DNA from: Microcoleus sp. | GTDB taxonomy: Bacteria > Cyanobacteriota > Cyanobacteriia > Cyanobacteriales > Microcoleaceae | Direction of reading: 5' to 3' | NCBI GenBank assembly: GCA_042408215.1 | Contig: JAYFMW010000030.1 | Span: 96,001 to 160,000, forward strand | DNA length: 64,000 nucleotides | Part shown: piece by piece, positions 1 to 10,145 of the stretch | Layout of the letters: every line of letters starts with the position of its first letter | Numbering within the stretch: the stretch's first letter is position 1 | Translations under genes and position numbers: made by a program | Notes under the pieces: model-generated | What the model was told of the DNA's origin: nothing | Seen by the model: only the letters and a program-made list of their open reading frames with translations | The model's database searches: none

Positions 1-114
1 AAACGAAGGATTTTCAGAGAAACCCGGTTTCTTTGCATAACTCCTAATGATAAATTTCAAACAAATTCAATATTGCTCCAGTTGGTAACAGAATTCATAA
101 AATTAGGAGGGTTT

Positions 115-3100
115 ATGGAAAAGTTAGTTACTCTCAATATTAGTGGGGAATTTGACAAGGGTTTTGTCGTACAAGCAGAAGTGCGGGAAGATGGAGGAAC
201 CACAAATTTTCAAGTCAATTTGGCGATCGCCGCTGCACCAGGGAAGTTACCCCCGCATCCTGAACTATTAGAACAGTACCGTCATTGGCAAAGCTTATAC
301 AATAATTTAGAGGAATTTTTTCCGAATCGGTTAAAGAAGATAAATAATTCTACGAATGCTTCCGAGGATGAAGCTTTTAGCGCTTGTCGAAAAGCGGCTA
401 AGTTATTAACAAAAACCCTGAATGATTGGTTGCTGCGATCGCCCGAGTTTAAACCCATAGAAAATTTACTGCGCGATCGTTTACAAGACTCTACTCACAC
501 CAGAATTTTATTAGCTACAGAAAATCATTGGTTGCGGCGTTTACCTTGGTGTGAATGGAATTTATTGGAGCATATTCCTAATGCAGAAGTCGTTTTAGCT
601 TCTCCTAAATTTAAACAAGTTAAAAGTTCAGGAAATTCAGAGAAAAAAGAGAAAGTCAAAATTTTAGTCATTTTGGGAGATAATGCGGGAACTGATGCGG
701 ATGAAACTGTGATTCAGCAATTAATTCCAGATGCTGAAATTTGTTGGTTAAAAGAACCTCAACGGCGCGATCTAGATGAACCTTTATGGAAAAAAAGATG
801 GGATATTTTATTTTTTGCAGGTCATGGAAAGACAGAGAATGATGGAAGTATTGGCAAGATTCAAATTAATTCTCAAGATACATTGACTATTGATGAAATT
901 AAAAATCATCTCAAAAAAGCTATAAATAATGGTTTAAAGTTAGCGATTTTTAATGCTTGTGATGGGCTAGGGATTGCCTATCAATTAGCAGAAGGGGAAG
1001 ATTTACATTTGCCGCAAGTGATTGTGATGCGGGAGATTTTACCTGTAGCTTTAGCACCTAAGTTTCTCCAATATTTCCTGGAAGCTTATACTCACGGTTT
1101 ATCCCTATCTACCGCAATCCGTGACTGTCGAAAACAGTTACAAATCTTAGAAAGAGATGTTCCCTGCGTCAGTTGGTTGCCTGTTTTATGCCAAAATCCT
1201 GCCGAAATTCCGCTGCGTTGGCACGATTTAGTAATTCCCCCTAATCCTTATCAGGGTTTATCGGCTTTTCAGGAGAAAGATGCAGCCTTATTTTTTGGGC
1301 GAGAAACTTTTACCAATCAGCTTGTCAAAGTTGTAGAAACTAAAAAACTGGTAGCTGTTATTGGTGCTTCTGGAAGTGGGAAATCTTCCGTAGTATTGGC
1401 AGGTTTAATTCCTAGTTTGCGTCAGCAAGAAAACTGGTTAATTGCTAGTTTGCGCCCAGAATCTACTCCTTTTGATAATTTGGCGAAAGCGCTACTGTCA
1501 CCTGTGGTGCAATTAGAAACGGGTAAAAGTGAGGGAGTTACGGAGGTTAATGCCGATGAAATTAACCAACTGGCGACAGATTTGCAAGAAGGGAATCGCA
1601 CTTTATCTGATGTGGTAAAAAGCCTCGGTAGCAGTCGGCGTTTTCTGTTAGTAATTGACCAATTTGAGGAAATTTACACTTACCCGAATCAGAAAAATCG
1701 GCAATTTTTAGATTGTTTGTTGGATGCGGTGCAAAAGTTTTCTGCCTTCAGGTTGGTGATTACTCTGCGGGCTGATTTTTTGGGGCAGGCAATAGAATAT
1801 AATCCTTTTCGGGAACAGTTAGACAAATGGAAACCGGAATTTATTGGCGGGATGGCGAGAACCGAATTGCAAGCAGCAATTGAGGAACCTGCTAAGAAAC
1901 GAAATGTCTATCTGGAAGCGGGATTGACAGAACATATTCTCAATGATGTGGGTGATGAACAGGGTAATTTACCATTGTTGGAATTTGCGCTTACCCAACT
2001 TTGGAAAGTGCAGGAAAATGGTTTGCTGAATCGTCTGAAATATGATGAAATTGGTGGTGTAGAAAAGGCTCTTTGCCGACACGCAGAAGGGGTATATGAT
2101 GCGCTGAAAGAGGGGGATAAGGAACGGACAAAGCAGATTTTTATGAAGTTGGTGTCGCCGGGAGAAGGGACGGAATACACGCGCCAACTGGCGACTCGCG
2201 CTGAGGTGGGGGAAGAAAATTGGGATTTGATAACGCATTTGGCGACGGCGCGTTTGGTGGTGAGTAATCGCAATGAAATGACTGAGATAGAAACAGTGGA
2301 AATTGTGCATGAGGCTTTGATTAAAGCATGGCCTGATTTGAGGAAATGGATTGAGGAAAATGATGCTTTTTTGAGGTGGAAAAAGCGGTTAAAGGTGGCG
2401 TTTCTGGAATGGGAAAGGAATGAGAATAAGGAGGGTTATTTGTTGCAAGGCGCACCCTTGGGAGAGGCGGAGGGGTATTTGTTGCAACGGTTGGAGGATG
2501 TAAGTAAGGCGGAACGGGTATTTATTCAGTTGGGGTTGGGGTTGCGCGATCGCAATCGTCGCCGTACTATTTTAGGACTTACGAGTGGTTTATTAGCTGT
2601 TTCTATTTTTGCTGTGGGGGCGGTGTGGCAATGGCAACGGGCTGAATTTCAAACAGTACAAGTAGACAAACAACGACAAGAAGCTGACAAGCAGCGTATA
2701 AATGCGGAGTTAATAGCATCTAGTCTTCTGTCAGGTAATCTTTTTGACTCTAATAAACCACTTGAAGCACTGATAGAAGCGATTAAAGCGGGAAGACAAC
2801 TACAACAGACGGTTGTTGATGTAAAACCGGATATACGAAATCGAATTGTTCTCGCTTTACAGCAGACGGTCTATGGAGTGCGAGAGCGTAACCGTTTAGA
2901 AGGCAATAACAATGGTAACATCTTTTTGTTAAATTCTATTAAGACTGCGGCTTTCAGTCCTGACGGTAAAATAATAGTCACGATTGGAGATCAGATCAAC
3001 ATTTGGAACCGTGCAGGTACTTGGCTCAAGACATTTGATCGGGATGCTTCTTCTAATAATATTTCCTTTCATAAAGCTAGTTTTAGTCCTGACGGTAAGA

Positions 3101-6100
3101 TGATTGCTGTGGGTGTAACTATCAATCCTAACAAAACTGATCCTTTAAACTTTGCTGGTATCATCAATGCAGTACAAATCTGGAGTATTGATGGCAAATT
3201 ACTGAAAACCATCAAAGCGCACAGCAATTTTGTAAATGCCGTAAAGTTTAGTCCCGACGGCAAGATAATTGCCTCATCTAGTTCTGATAAAACTGTCAAA
3301 CTTTGGAGTCTCGACGGTCGTCTATTAAGAACGCTTCAACATAGCGGTATTGTTAAGGATATGAGTTTTAGTCCCGATGGTCAGACTATCATAGCTGCTG
3401 ATTATGAAACTGTCAAACTTTGGGGTATAGATGGTAGAGAAATCAAAAATCTTCAACAACATAGCAGTTGGATCGGTAGCGTAAGTTTTAGCCCTGACGG
3501 TCAGATGATTGCTTCGATGAGTCCTCCTGATGGTGTAGTTAAACTTTGGAGTATCAACGGCACAGAAATCAAAACTCTTAAAGCACATGACTCCAGTTTT
3601 TTCGGTAGTCTGAGCTTCAGTCCAGATGGTAAGACGATAGCTTCTACTGGTGATACAATTGTCAAGTTATGGAGCCGTGAAGGTACTTTACTCGACACTC
3701 TGGAAGGACATAATTTTTCAATAGGAGATGTAAGCTTCAGTCCAGACGGTAAGACGATCGCTTCAGGTAGTCTTGATGGGACTGCCAAACTATGGAACCG
3801 TGAAACTATCAAACCTCCAACTATTTCCTCTAGTGCTAATAGCTTTAGTTTTAGCCCAGATAGCAAAACAATTGCTTTGGCAAAAGGTAAAGATGTGAAA
3901 CTATACAGCCACGATGGTACTTTACTGAAAACTATAGAAGCCCATACCAATACTAAGGATGTCATCTTTAGTCCAGATGGGAAAACTATCGTTTCAATTG
4001 GTGGTTTTAATGCTGACAGAGAAACTCTTAGGTCTTTGGTTTCCTCAAAGCCTGGGACATTGAATAATAAAGAGGGGATTTTGGATTTTGGTATGCAGCA
4101 GTTTGAAAATCAGAAGTCCCGCGAAAGGACTATCAAGCTATGGAGCCTTGATGGTCGCTTGCTAAAAACCATTGATGCGACAAATCAGTATATTCAGCAC
4201 CAAGGACATAAATCAGCATTAACGAGCGTAATTTTCGGTCAAGACGGTAAGACAATTGCTTCAAGCAGTTGGGATAATAGTGCAAAGGTTTGGAGCCTTG
4301 AGGGTAGTTACGGTACTTTTGTTGGAAGTTTGGAATATAACGATTTAGTTTGGAGTATTAGTGAGAGCCGTGACGGTAAATCTATCATTGTTGCTCACGG
4401 AAATGAGATAACACTGCTCAGGAATGATATCAAAAAAACTTCAGTATTAAAGGGGCATAGTAATACTATATTTCGTGTCATTTTCAGTCCTGATGGACAG
4501 ACAATTGCTTCAGCTAGTTTAGATGGAACAGTTAAACTATGGAATTTAGATGGCAAAGAACTCAAAACCTTGAAGCATGATAATGGAGTCACCGATGTCA
4601 GTTTTAGCCCCGATGGTAAAACGATTTTAACCGCAGGTATGGATGGCTTAAGACTCTGGAATTTGTCAGGACAGCGCCTATCTCAATTTGGAGGAAGAGC
4701 CCAAAAGTCCGAAGAATTTAGTGGTGTAGGTTTCAATATTGAATTCAATGAAAATACAAAAATTTTAACTGTTGTAAAGGTACTTGAAAATTCACCCGCC
4801 AAAAAAGCAGGTATAAAAGTAGGCGACCAAATTTTAGCAATTGATGGAAATCCCACTACAGACATGAGTCTTGACGAAAACATAAATCTTCTTCGAGGTG
4901 AGGCAGGCACAAAGGTTGTTTTGAAGATTATTCGGCAAGGAAATGATGCTTTTGATATAACCATTACCAGAGATATAATTAAAACCACTGAGAGTGGAGA
5001 TATTCGTTATACAACTGCAAAATTCAGTCCTGATGGTCAGATAATTGCTGCGGGTAGTGGGTTTGAGAAAGGGACAATTAAACTCTGGAGTCGTGATGGT
5101 CGCCTACTTAAAACTCTCACAGGACACAATGATCTGGTTTGGGACGTAAGTTTTAGTCCTAACGGTAAAATACTTGCCTCTGCCAGTCAAGACAAAACAG
5201 TAAAACTCTGGAGTCTTGACGATGGTAAAGAACTCAAAACCTTAAATGGGCATAGCGATCATGTTTTTGCTGTTAGTTTCAGCCCTGATGGACAAATGTT
5301 GGCATCAGCAGGTAAAGATGGTATTGTCAGAGTCTGGAGAATTGATGGCACTTTAGTTAAACCGCTATTGGGTAATCATCGTACTTTCATTATGGGCAAC
5401 CCCAATAGCATCAGTTTTAGTCCTGATGGTAAGACATTAGCTTTAGCCAATGAAGAGGAAGTTCAACTATGGAACCCTCAAGGTACTTTACTCAAAATTT
5501 CCAGATCCGGTATTAGGGCGTGGTTTGCTCCCGATGGAAATGTACTTACTTCAGGTGGTGATAGTGATGGACATGGTTGGAATGTTAACAAGGTGAGTTT
5601 TAGTCCTGATGGTAAGATACTTGCTTCAGCCAGTTCTAACAACGAGATAAAACTCTGGAACCCTGATGGTTCTTTACTCAAAACCCTTGAAGGACATACT
5701 AACGGAGTTGAGGACGTGAGTTTTAGTCCCGATGGCAAGATTTTAGCCTCAGCCAGCAAGGATCAGACCGTGAGACTCTGGAACCTTAAGGATAAATCGC
5801 ATAAAATCCTGCGCGGACACAACAGTTTTGTCAATAGCGTGAGTTTCAGCAGTAGTGGTTTGTTGGCTTCTGGCAGTATGGATAAAACGCTTAAACTTTG
5901 GCTTAGTGATGGTACTTTACTCAAAACTTTCAATATGGATTCGTTCACTATGGCAAAGTTCAGTCCTGACGGAAAAACTCTAGCTGTTGGTTCTGACAAA
6001 GTGACTTTGTGGAATTTCGATCTTGATGATCTGATGGTACGGGGTTGCGATTGGGCGCGTGACTATCTGAAAACTAACCCCAATGTGAAGGAGAGCGATC

Positions 6101-6135
6101 GCGCTCTTTGTGACGGAATTAATCAAAGCAAATAA
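115..6135 (+). CDS. CHAT (caspase-like) protease - nSTAND1 NTPase - TM - WD40 repeat protein with inserted PDZ domain
   Basis: AGGAGG RBS at 105-110 before ATG 115; CHAT dyad FFAGHG/IFNAC; NPYQGL..F motif, Walker A GASGSGKS, Walker B LLVIDQFEE; hydrophobic helix; many FSPDG..ASxSxDxTVKLW repeats; CtpA-like PDZ (FSGVGFNI..NSPAKKAGIKVGDQILAIDG) at ~4711-4983. Confidence 0.9.
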   Translation: MEKLVTLNISGEFDKGFVVQAEVREDGGTTNFQVNLAIAAAPGKLPPHPELLEQYRHWQSLYNNLEEFFPNRLKKINNSTNASEDEAFSACRKAAKLLTKTLNDWLLRSPEFKPIENLLRDRLQDSTHTRILLATENHWLRRLPWCEWNLLEHIPNAEVVLASPKFKQVKSSGNSEKKEKVKILVILGDNAGTDADETVIQQLIPDAEICWLKEPQRRDLDEPLWKKRWDILFFAGHGKTENDGSIGKIQINSQDTLTIDEIKNHLKKAINNGLKLAIFNACDGLGIAYQLAEGEDLHLPQVIVMREILPVALAPKFLQYFLEAYTHGLSLSTAIRDCRKQLQILERDVPCVSWLPVLCQNPAEIPLRWHDLVIPPNPYQGLSAFQEKDAALFFGRETFTNQLVKVVETKKLVAVIGASGSGKSSVVLAGLIPSLRQQENWLIASLRPESTPFDNLAKALLSPVVQLETGKSEGVTEVNADEINQLATDLQEGNRTLSDVVKSLGSSRRFLLVIDQFEEIYTYPNQKNRQFLDCLLDAVQKFSAFRLVITLRADFLGQAIEYNPFREQLDKWKPEFIGGMARTELQAAIEEPAKKRNVYLEAGLTEHILNDVGDEQGNLPLLEFALTQLWKVQENGLLNRLKYDEIGGVEKALCRHAEGVYDALKEGDKERTKQIFMKLVSPGEGTEYTRQLATRAEVGEENWDLITHLATARLVVSNRNEMTEIETVEIVHEALIKAWPDLRKWIEENDAFLRWKKRLKVAFLEWERNENKEGYLLQGAPLGEAEGYLLQRLEDVSKAERVFIQLGLGLRDRNRRRTILGLTSGLLAVSIFAVGAVWQWQRAEFQTVQVDKQRQEADKQRINAELIASSLLSGNLFDSNKPLEALIEAIKAGRQLQQTVVDVKPDIRNRIVLALQQTVYGVRERNRLEGNNNGNIFLLNSIKTAAFSPDGKIIVTIGDQINIWNRAGTWLKTFDRDASSNNISFHKASFSPDGKMIAVGVTINPNKTDPLNFAGIINAVQIWSIDGKLLKTIKAHSNFVNAVKFSPDGKIIASSSSDKTVKLWSLDGRLLRTLQHSGIVKDMSFSPDGQTIIAADYETVKLWGIDGREIKNLQQHSSWIGSVSFSPDGQMIASMSPPDGVVKLWSINGTEIKTLKAHDSSFFGSLSFSPDGKTIASTGDTIVKLWSREGTLLDTLEGHNFSIGDVSFSPDGKTIASGSLDGTAKLWNRETIKPPTISSSANSFSFSPDSKTIALAKGKDVKLYSHDGTLLKTIEAHTNTKDVIFSPDGKTIVSIGGFNADRETLRSLVSSKPGTLNNKEGILDFGMQQFENQKSRERTIKLWSLDGRLLKTIDATNQYIQHQGHKSALTSVIFGQDGKTIASSSWDNSAKVWSLEGSYGTFVGSLEYNDLVWSISESRDGKSIIVAHGNEITLLRNDIKKTSVLKGHSNTIFRVIFSPDGQTIASASLDGTVKLWNLDGKELKTLKHDNGVTDVSFSPDGKTILTAGMDGLRLWNLSGQRLSQFGGRAQKSEEFSGVGFNIEFNENTKILTVVKVLENSPAKKAGIKVGDQILAIDGNPTTDMSLDENINLLRGEAGTKVVLKIIRQGNDAFDITITRDIIKTTESGDIRYTTAKFSPDGQIIAAGSGFEKGTIKLWSRDGRLLKTLTGHNDLVWDVSFSPNGKILASASQDKTVKLWSLDDGKELKTLNGHSDHVFAVSFSPDGQMLASAGKDGIVRVWRIDGTLVKPLLGNHRTFIMGNPNSISFSPDGKTLALANEEEVQLWNPQGTLLKISRSGIRAWFAPDGNVLTSGGDSDGHGWNVNKVSFSPDGKILASASSNNEIKLWNPDGSLLKTLEGHTNGVEDVSFSPDGKILASASKDQTVRLWNLKDKSHKILRGHNSFVNSVSFSSSGLLASGSMDKTLKLWLSDGTLLKTFNMDSFTMAKFSPDGKTLAVGSDKVTLWNFDLDDLMVRGCDWARDYLKTNPNVKESDRALCDGINQSK

Positions 6136-6305
6136 AATAGCAAATAAAAATGAATTATTAGCGACAGGGTGCGATCGGTTAAAAGATTATTTCGTTACTC
6201 GTCCAGAGGAAAAACAAAAATTAAAGGTGTGTCAAGATCATCCCAAGTCTAAATAAATTAAGACTTACGCAGGGCCAAAGAAACCGGGTTTCTCACATTA
6301 ATTTA

Positions 6306-7807
6306 CTGGAGTTTAGACTAAAAAAGAGAGAACGGTGGCAAAAGAAGAACTAGAGCCACCGTTAAGGAGAGAATGAGGGTGAAAAATAAAACCCATCCAC
6401 TCCCTAAATGAACAGTGAACGATTAAAGGACTTTCGTCAAGCAGCATACGAGTTATTGGTGCGAGCGAAGGATGCAACATTCGAGCTGATAGATGCAGTG
6501 ATGACCACGCCCGAATGCGTCATGTTTAGCGGAATTTTCGCGAGCGTCCGTTATTCAGTCGTCAATGGTCAAGCATATACGAAGCCTTACAAGACAGTAG
6601 GCCAGACCGGAGAAAACTAATGGAGTTGTATATTAAGCAATTAGAGCAGGAAGCACCTGCAATGGAACATATGTTAGTAGCAATCGACCATACCGCATGG
6701 GGGAGACCAGATGCTAAAACATTAAAAGACAGAACCCATGAATATCAGGGGGGCGTAATTATTGGACAAGGATACAGCACAATTGCGTGGATACCCGAAG
6801 CAGAAGGAAGTTGGGCACTACCGTTGCTGCACGAACGGATTAGCAGTGCACAATCCCCAATACAAAAAGCGGCAACACAACTGAAGCTGGTCTGCCAACA
6901 GAGCGTCAATCCAGTATTAGCAGTTTTAGACGCCCGAATATGGCAATGCCAGTTGGGTACTAGCGATAGCAGATATTGAAGCTGATTGTTTAATGAGAGT
7001 CCGAAGCAATGCCTGCTTGTGGTCAGCACCACCAGCCTATAGTGGTCGCGGCAGACCACGGAAACACGGGTCCAAAATCAAGCTCAACGACCCAACCACA
7101 TGGCTCGAAGCGGATACTGTGATTGAAATTGACGAACATCCGCAGTTGGGACAAGTCCGAGTTAGGCAATGGCTTGACTTACATTTTTATCGTGCTGCAG
7201 GACATTCGTGTCAATTTAATCCTTGTGGAAAGAATGAATCTCATGTCAAGCGGTCAGCCGTTTCCACCCTTGTGGTTGGCTTGGGTCGGAGAGCGCACTC
7301 TACCCAAGCGAAACTGTGCCGGTTTAAGTATTTACGACGTTTTGGAGTGGATCATTGGTATAGATTTGCTAAGCAACGATTACATTGGACATTACCTAAC
7401 TTAAGAACTCCCGAACAATCAGAGCGGTGGAGCGATTTAATGCCGTTGATGAGTTGGCAACTCTGGCTGGCTAAGGACTTAGTGGTCGAGAATCGACTGC
7501 CTTGGCAATCTGAAGCGTATCAATTTAACTCCTGGACGTGTTGCCCAATCAATGTTGTCGATTTTAGTTGACATTGGTACTCCGGCTCAACTGCCTAAAC
7601 ATAGGGGAAAATCCCCTGGTTGGGAAAAAGGAAAGGCACGTACTAAAGCACCGTACTATCCCACTGTTAAAAAACGGGTTTCTCGACGCAAAAAATCTTC
7701 AAAATTAGCTGTTTAATCTTCTACCTCTTGAGTTGTTGAGTAACAGCTTGCCTTCTAGTAAAAGGCAGCTACTTTTAGCTGCGGCCATTGTTTAGTCTAA
7801 ACTCCAG
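6306..7807 (+). mobile_element. DDE insertion sequence (IS4/IS701-like), degenerate
   Basis: Terminal inverted repeats CTGGAGTTTAGACTAAA / TTTAGTCTAAACTCCAG; 7-bp duplication TAATTTA at 6299-6305 and 7808-7814. Confidence 0.88.
6408..7716 (+). pseudogene. Frameshifted DDE transposase
   Basis: Fragments in several frames (AIDHTAW, GSWALPL..ERI, YLRRFGVDHWYRFAKQRL) homologous to the intact transposase at 25714-27021. Confidence 0.88.
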
Positions 7808-7811
7808 TAAT

Positions 7812-8411
7812 TTATTTAATCACCCGAAAAGTTAGATTAATTCTGGGCTGAGTTGATTTAGCCGTTTTCGGGACATGATGCTGCCAAAACTTCTGAGTAC
7901 CACTCCCCATCACCAAAAAATCACCATCACTTAAATTCAGTTCAATTTTGTTTTGATGATCGTCCCTACGTCTAAAAATAAACCGCCTGGTTTCTCCCAA
8001 ACTCAGAGAACCAATTACCGTACCTTTGGCTAAGTCCTTTTCATCATCACTATGCCAGCCGATATAATCTTGACCATTGCGATATAAATTCAGCAGAACT
8101 CCATTAAACTGAGTATTAACTAAAGGCTCGATTTTTTCTTTGATTTGTAATAGCGGTTCATTCCAGGGTAAGGGCTGCATGGTCACACCGGAATAGGTAT
8201 AAGCCTGAGTTCCATAATAAGCGGTTAACCGAGGCTGAAGCACCGATTTGCCAAAGATTTTTATCGGTTCTTCTTTCCAGGCTATTTGATTCAATAATTC
8301 GGTAAAGAGTTGGTGACTTTCTGGAGGTTGAAATAGGCCGGGATAGAAAATTACTTCGGCATTATTCAGTTCTAGGTTTTGCTCCTGGGGATTTGAATTG
8401 ATATTAGGCAT
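7812..8411 (-). CDS. alkB: 2OG-Fe(II) dioxygenase, AlkB family (ALKBH2/3-like)
   Basis: LLNLYRNGQDYIGWHSDDE, HHVPK and RINLTFR motifs. Confidence 0.9.
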   Translation of the reverse strand: MPNINSNPQEQNLELNNAEVIFYPGLFQPPESHQLFTELLNQIAWKEEPIKIFGKSVLQPRLTAYYGTQAYTYSGVTMQPLPWNEPLLQIKEKIEPLVNTQFNGVLLNLYRNGQDYIGWHSDDEKDLAKGTVIGSLSLGETRRFIFRRRDDHQNKIELNLSDGDFLVMGSGTQKFWQHHVPKTAKSTQPRINLTFRVIK

Positions 8412-8673
8412 GGGATTATCCTTAGAAACCGGGTTTCTTGAAGAAACCCGGTTTTCTGTAAATCATCAATCAGCTATATCTATATTATAGTATTAATTGG
8501 CTAAAATGACAATGATTTCATCACTTCCACTATCGGGCTAATCAGCTTCCAAGTGGCTACCCCAAAATCAGGGAATGAAAGTCAATCTAAAATCTAAAAT
8601 TGCGAAGCATTGCGAGCGCAGCGCGGCAACCTCTAAAATCGATTGACTGGCTAATAAATGACCTTTTGGCAGA

Positions 8674-8937
8674 ATGAATAAAATAACCTTTCAGTGGGAT
8701 GAGCAAAAAAACAAAATTAATCAACAAATGGAACCGGAATACGATCTTTCAAAAATGAAAAAAAGATTTAATCCTTTTGCCAAACAGTTAAAAAAACAGA
8801 TCGCTATTTCTCTGGGAATTGATGTGATTGAATATTTTGAAACGATGGCTCAGGAAAAAGGTATATCTTCTCAGGAACTAATTAATCTTTATTTGCAAGA
8901 TTGTGTTGTTTCTAAGCGTAAATTATCTCTGAATTAG
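8674..8937 (+). CDS. BrnA/CopG-type antitoxin preceded by a fused BrnT toxin N-terminal stub
   Basis: N-term FQWDEQKNKIN resembles a BrnT start; from MEPEYDLSKMKKRFNPFAKQLKKQI..VIEYF..LINLYLQDC it resembles the BrnA-like antitoxin. Confidence 0.65.
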   Translation: MNKITFQWDEQKNKINQQMEPEYDLSKMKKRFNPFAKQLKKQIAISLGIDVIEYFETMAQEKGISSQELINLYLQDCVVSKRKLSLN

Positions 8938-9011
8938 CCGAAAATATAGGCGATCGCGGATGCTAAGGTGGGTTTGCACGTCGTCTGGATAACCGACGAA
9001 CTCCTCTAAGG

Positions 9012-9178
9012 GAAGAAACCGGGTTTCTGCTCAGGGACTTTTGGGGAAAACCAGATATCTCCAGAAACCCGGTTTCTCAAGGAAACGCGATCGCGCTTTT
9101 TTCCCAAGACAAGAAACCGGGTTTCTAGTTAGGGACTGTTGGGGAAAACTAAATATCTTTAAGAAACCCGGTTTCTGA
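9012..9178. repeat. Cluster of AGAAACC(G)GGTTTCT palindromic dispersed repeats
   Basis: Four copies here; further copies near 19, 6279, 8425-8455, 25295-25360 and 39620-39652. Confidence 0.75.
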
Positions 9179-9202
9179 CTCAATGGAAGTGCGATCGCTT
9201 TT

Positions 9203-9589
9203 TTATGGACTCAATCCCAAACTTAACCTCACTTCTTGCCGGACTTCTTTGCAAAACTTTAATGCTTGACGTGCTGTATCCTTATCAGCCGAAGCCCCTG
9301 GATAACGATAAGCAACCGCAAAAGCAGTTAACGCTAAAAGTTTCTGGCGAAAAATATCATAATTAGGTTCAACAGGTAAAAGTAAATCCAATAAAAATGT
9401 CAAATTATGAGTTTTACTAAAAGTAATTTCCGCTTCTTGTAAACGCCCTTTCAGATATTTCTAAACACATTGTTGAGCGTGAAAACACGCTGCATCATAG
9501 TTGGGAGATTTCCTCGCTCGTAATTCCCGCAAAGCCGTAGTAAAATCCCCTTCAGCTTGATCGACCCATTCAACTGTTAGCGGATTCAT
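9203..9589 (-). pseudogene. HEPN domain toxin with in-frame stop
   Basis: MNPLTVEWVDQAEGDF..AACFHAQQCV*KYLKG..KTHNL..AYRYPG; TAG at 9461-9463. Confidence 0.85.
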
Positions 9590-9890
9590 AAATCACCTTT
9601 CCTTTCTCTATAATTTCTCGCAAAAAACAATCATTCCAGGCTAGGAGTTGCTCAATCTCTACAGGAGTTCGCACTAACAAATATATGGCAAACTTTGGTT
9701 AAAATTTATTTAAAATCTCCCAAGTTTTGAGAAAATTGTTCCCCTTCTATGGCAAAATCACTAGCAAATCTACATCCGAGTCATCTTGAGGATTTCCATA
9801 AGCATAGGAGCCAAATAAAATAATTTTGTTGGGCTGAAATTCATTAGCAATAGCCTGACTTAATTGCACGATTTTCTCCCTTTTTATCAT
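9570..9890 (-). pseudogene. Minimal nucleotidyltransferase (MNT) antitoxin with in-frame stops
   Basis: IILFGSYAYGNPQDDSDVDLLVI motif; two internal stops; overlaps the HEPN start. Confidence 0.85.
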
Positions 9891-10145
9891 ACTCAATCAA
9901 TGCTCTTTTATCGTTTCTTTTGTAATTAAAGCCAGTCTAAAATAGGAATAACTTGCATTTTATTTAATCAATTAAATTGATTCTATCATAATTGTAAATT
10001 CTGTCAATATTGTCCCAAGTTTAAAAGGTTGTAATTCCTACCAAAAGCAGTCCGACCCCAGTTGGTTTTTTTATTAATTTCCTCTCTCGTTCTTTTTCCT
10101 ACCTATCGGTAGTAAGAGAGAAAAGATTCATTCTTAGAGTGACCA

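Noticed and set aside
1908..5999. Minus-strand ORFs within the WD40 gene
   Set aside because: Antisense shadows of repeated codons.
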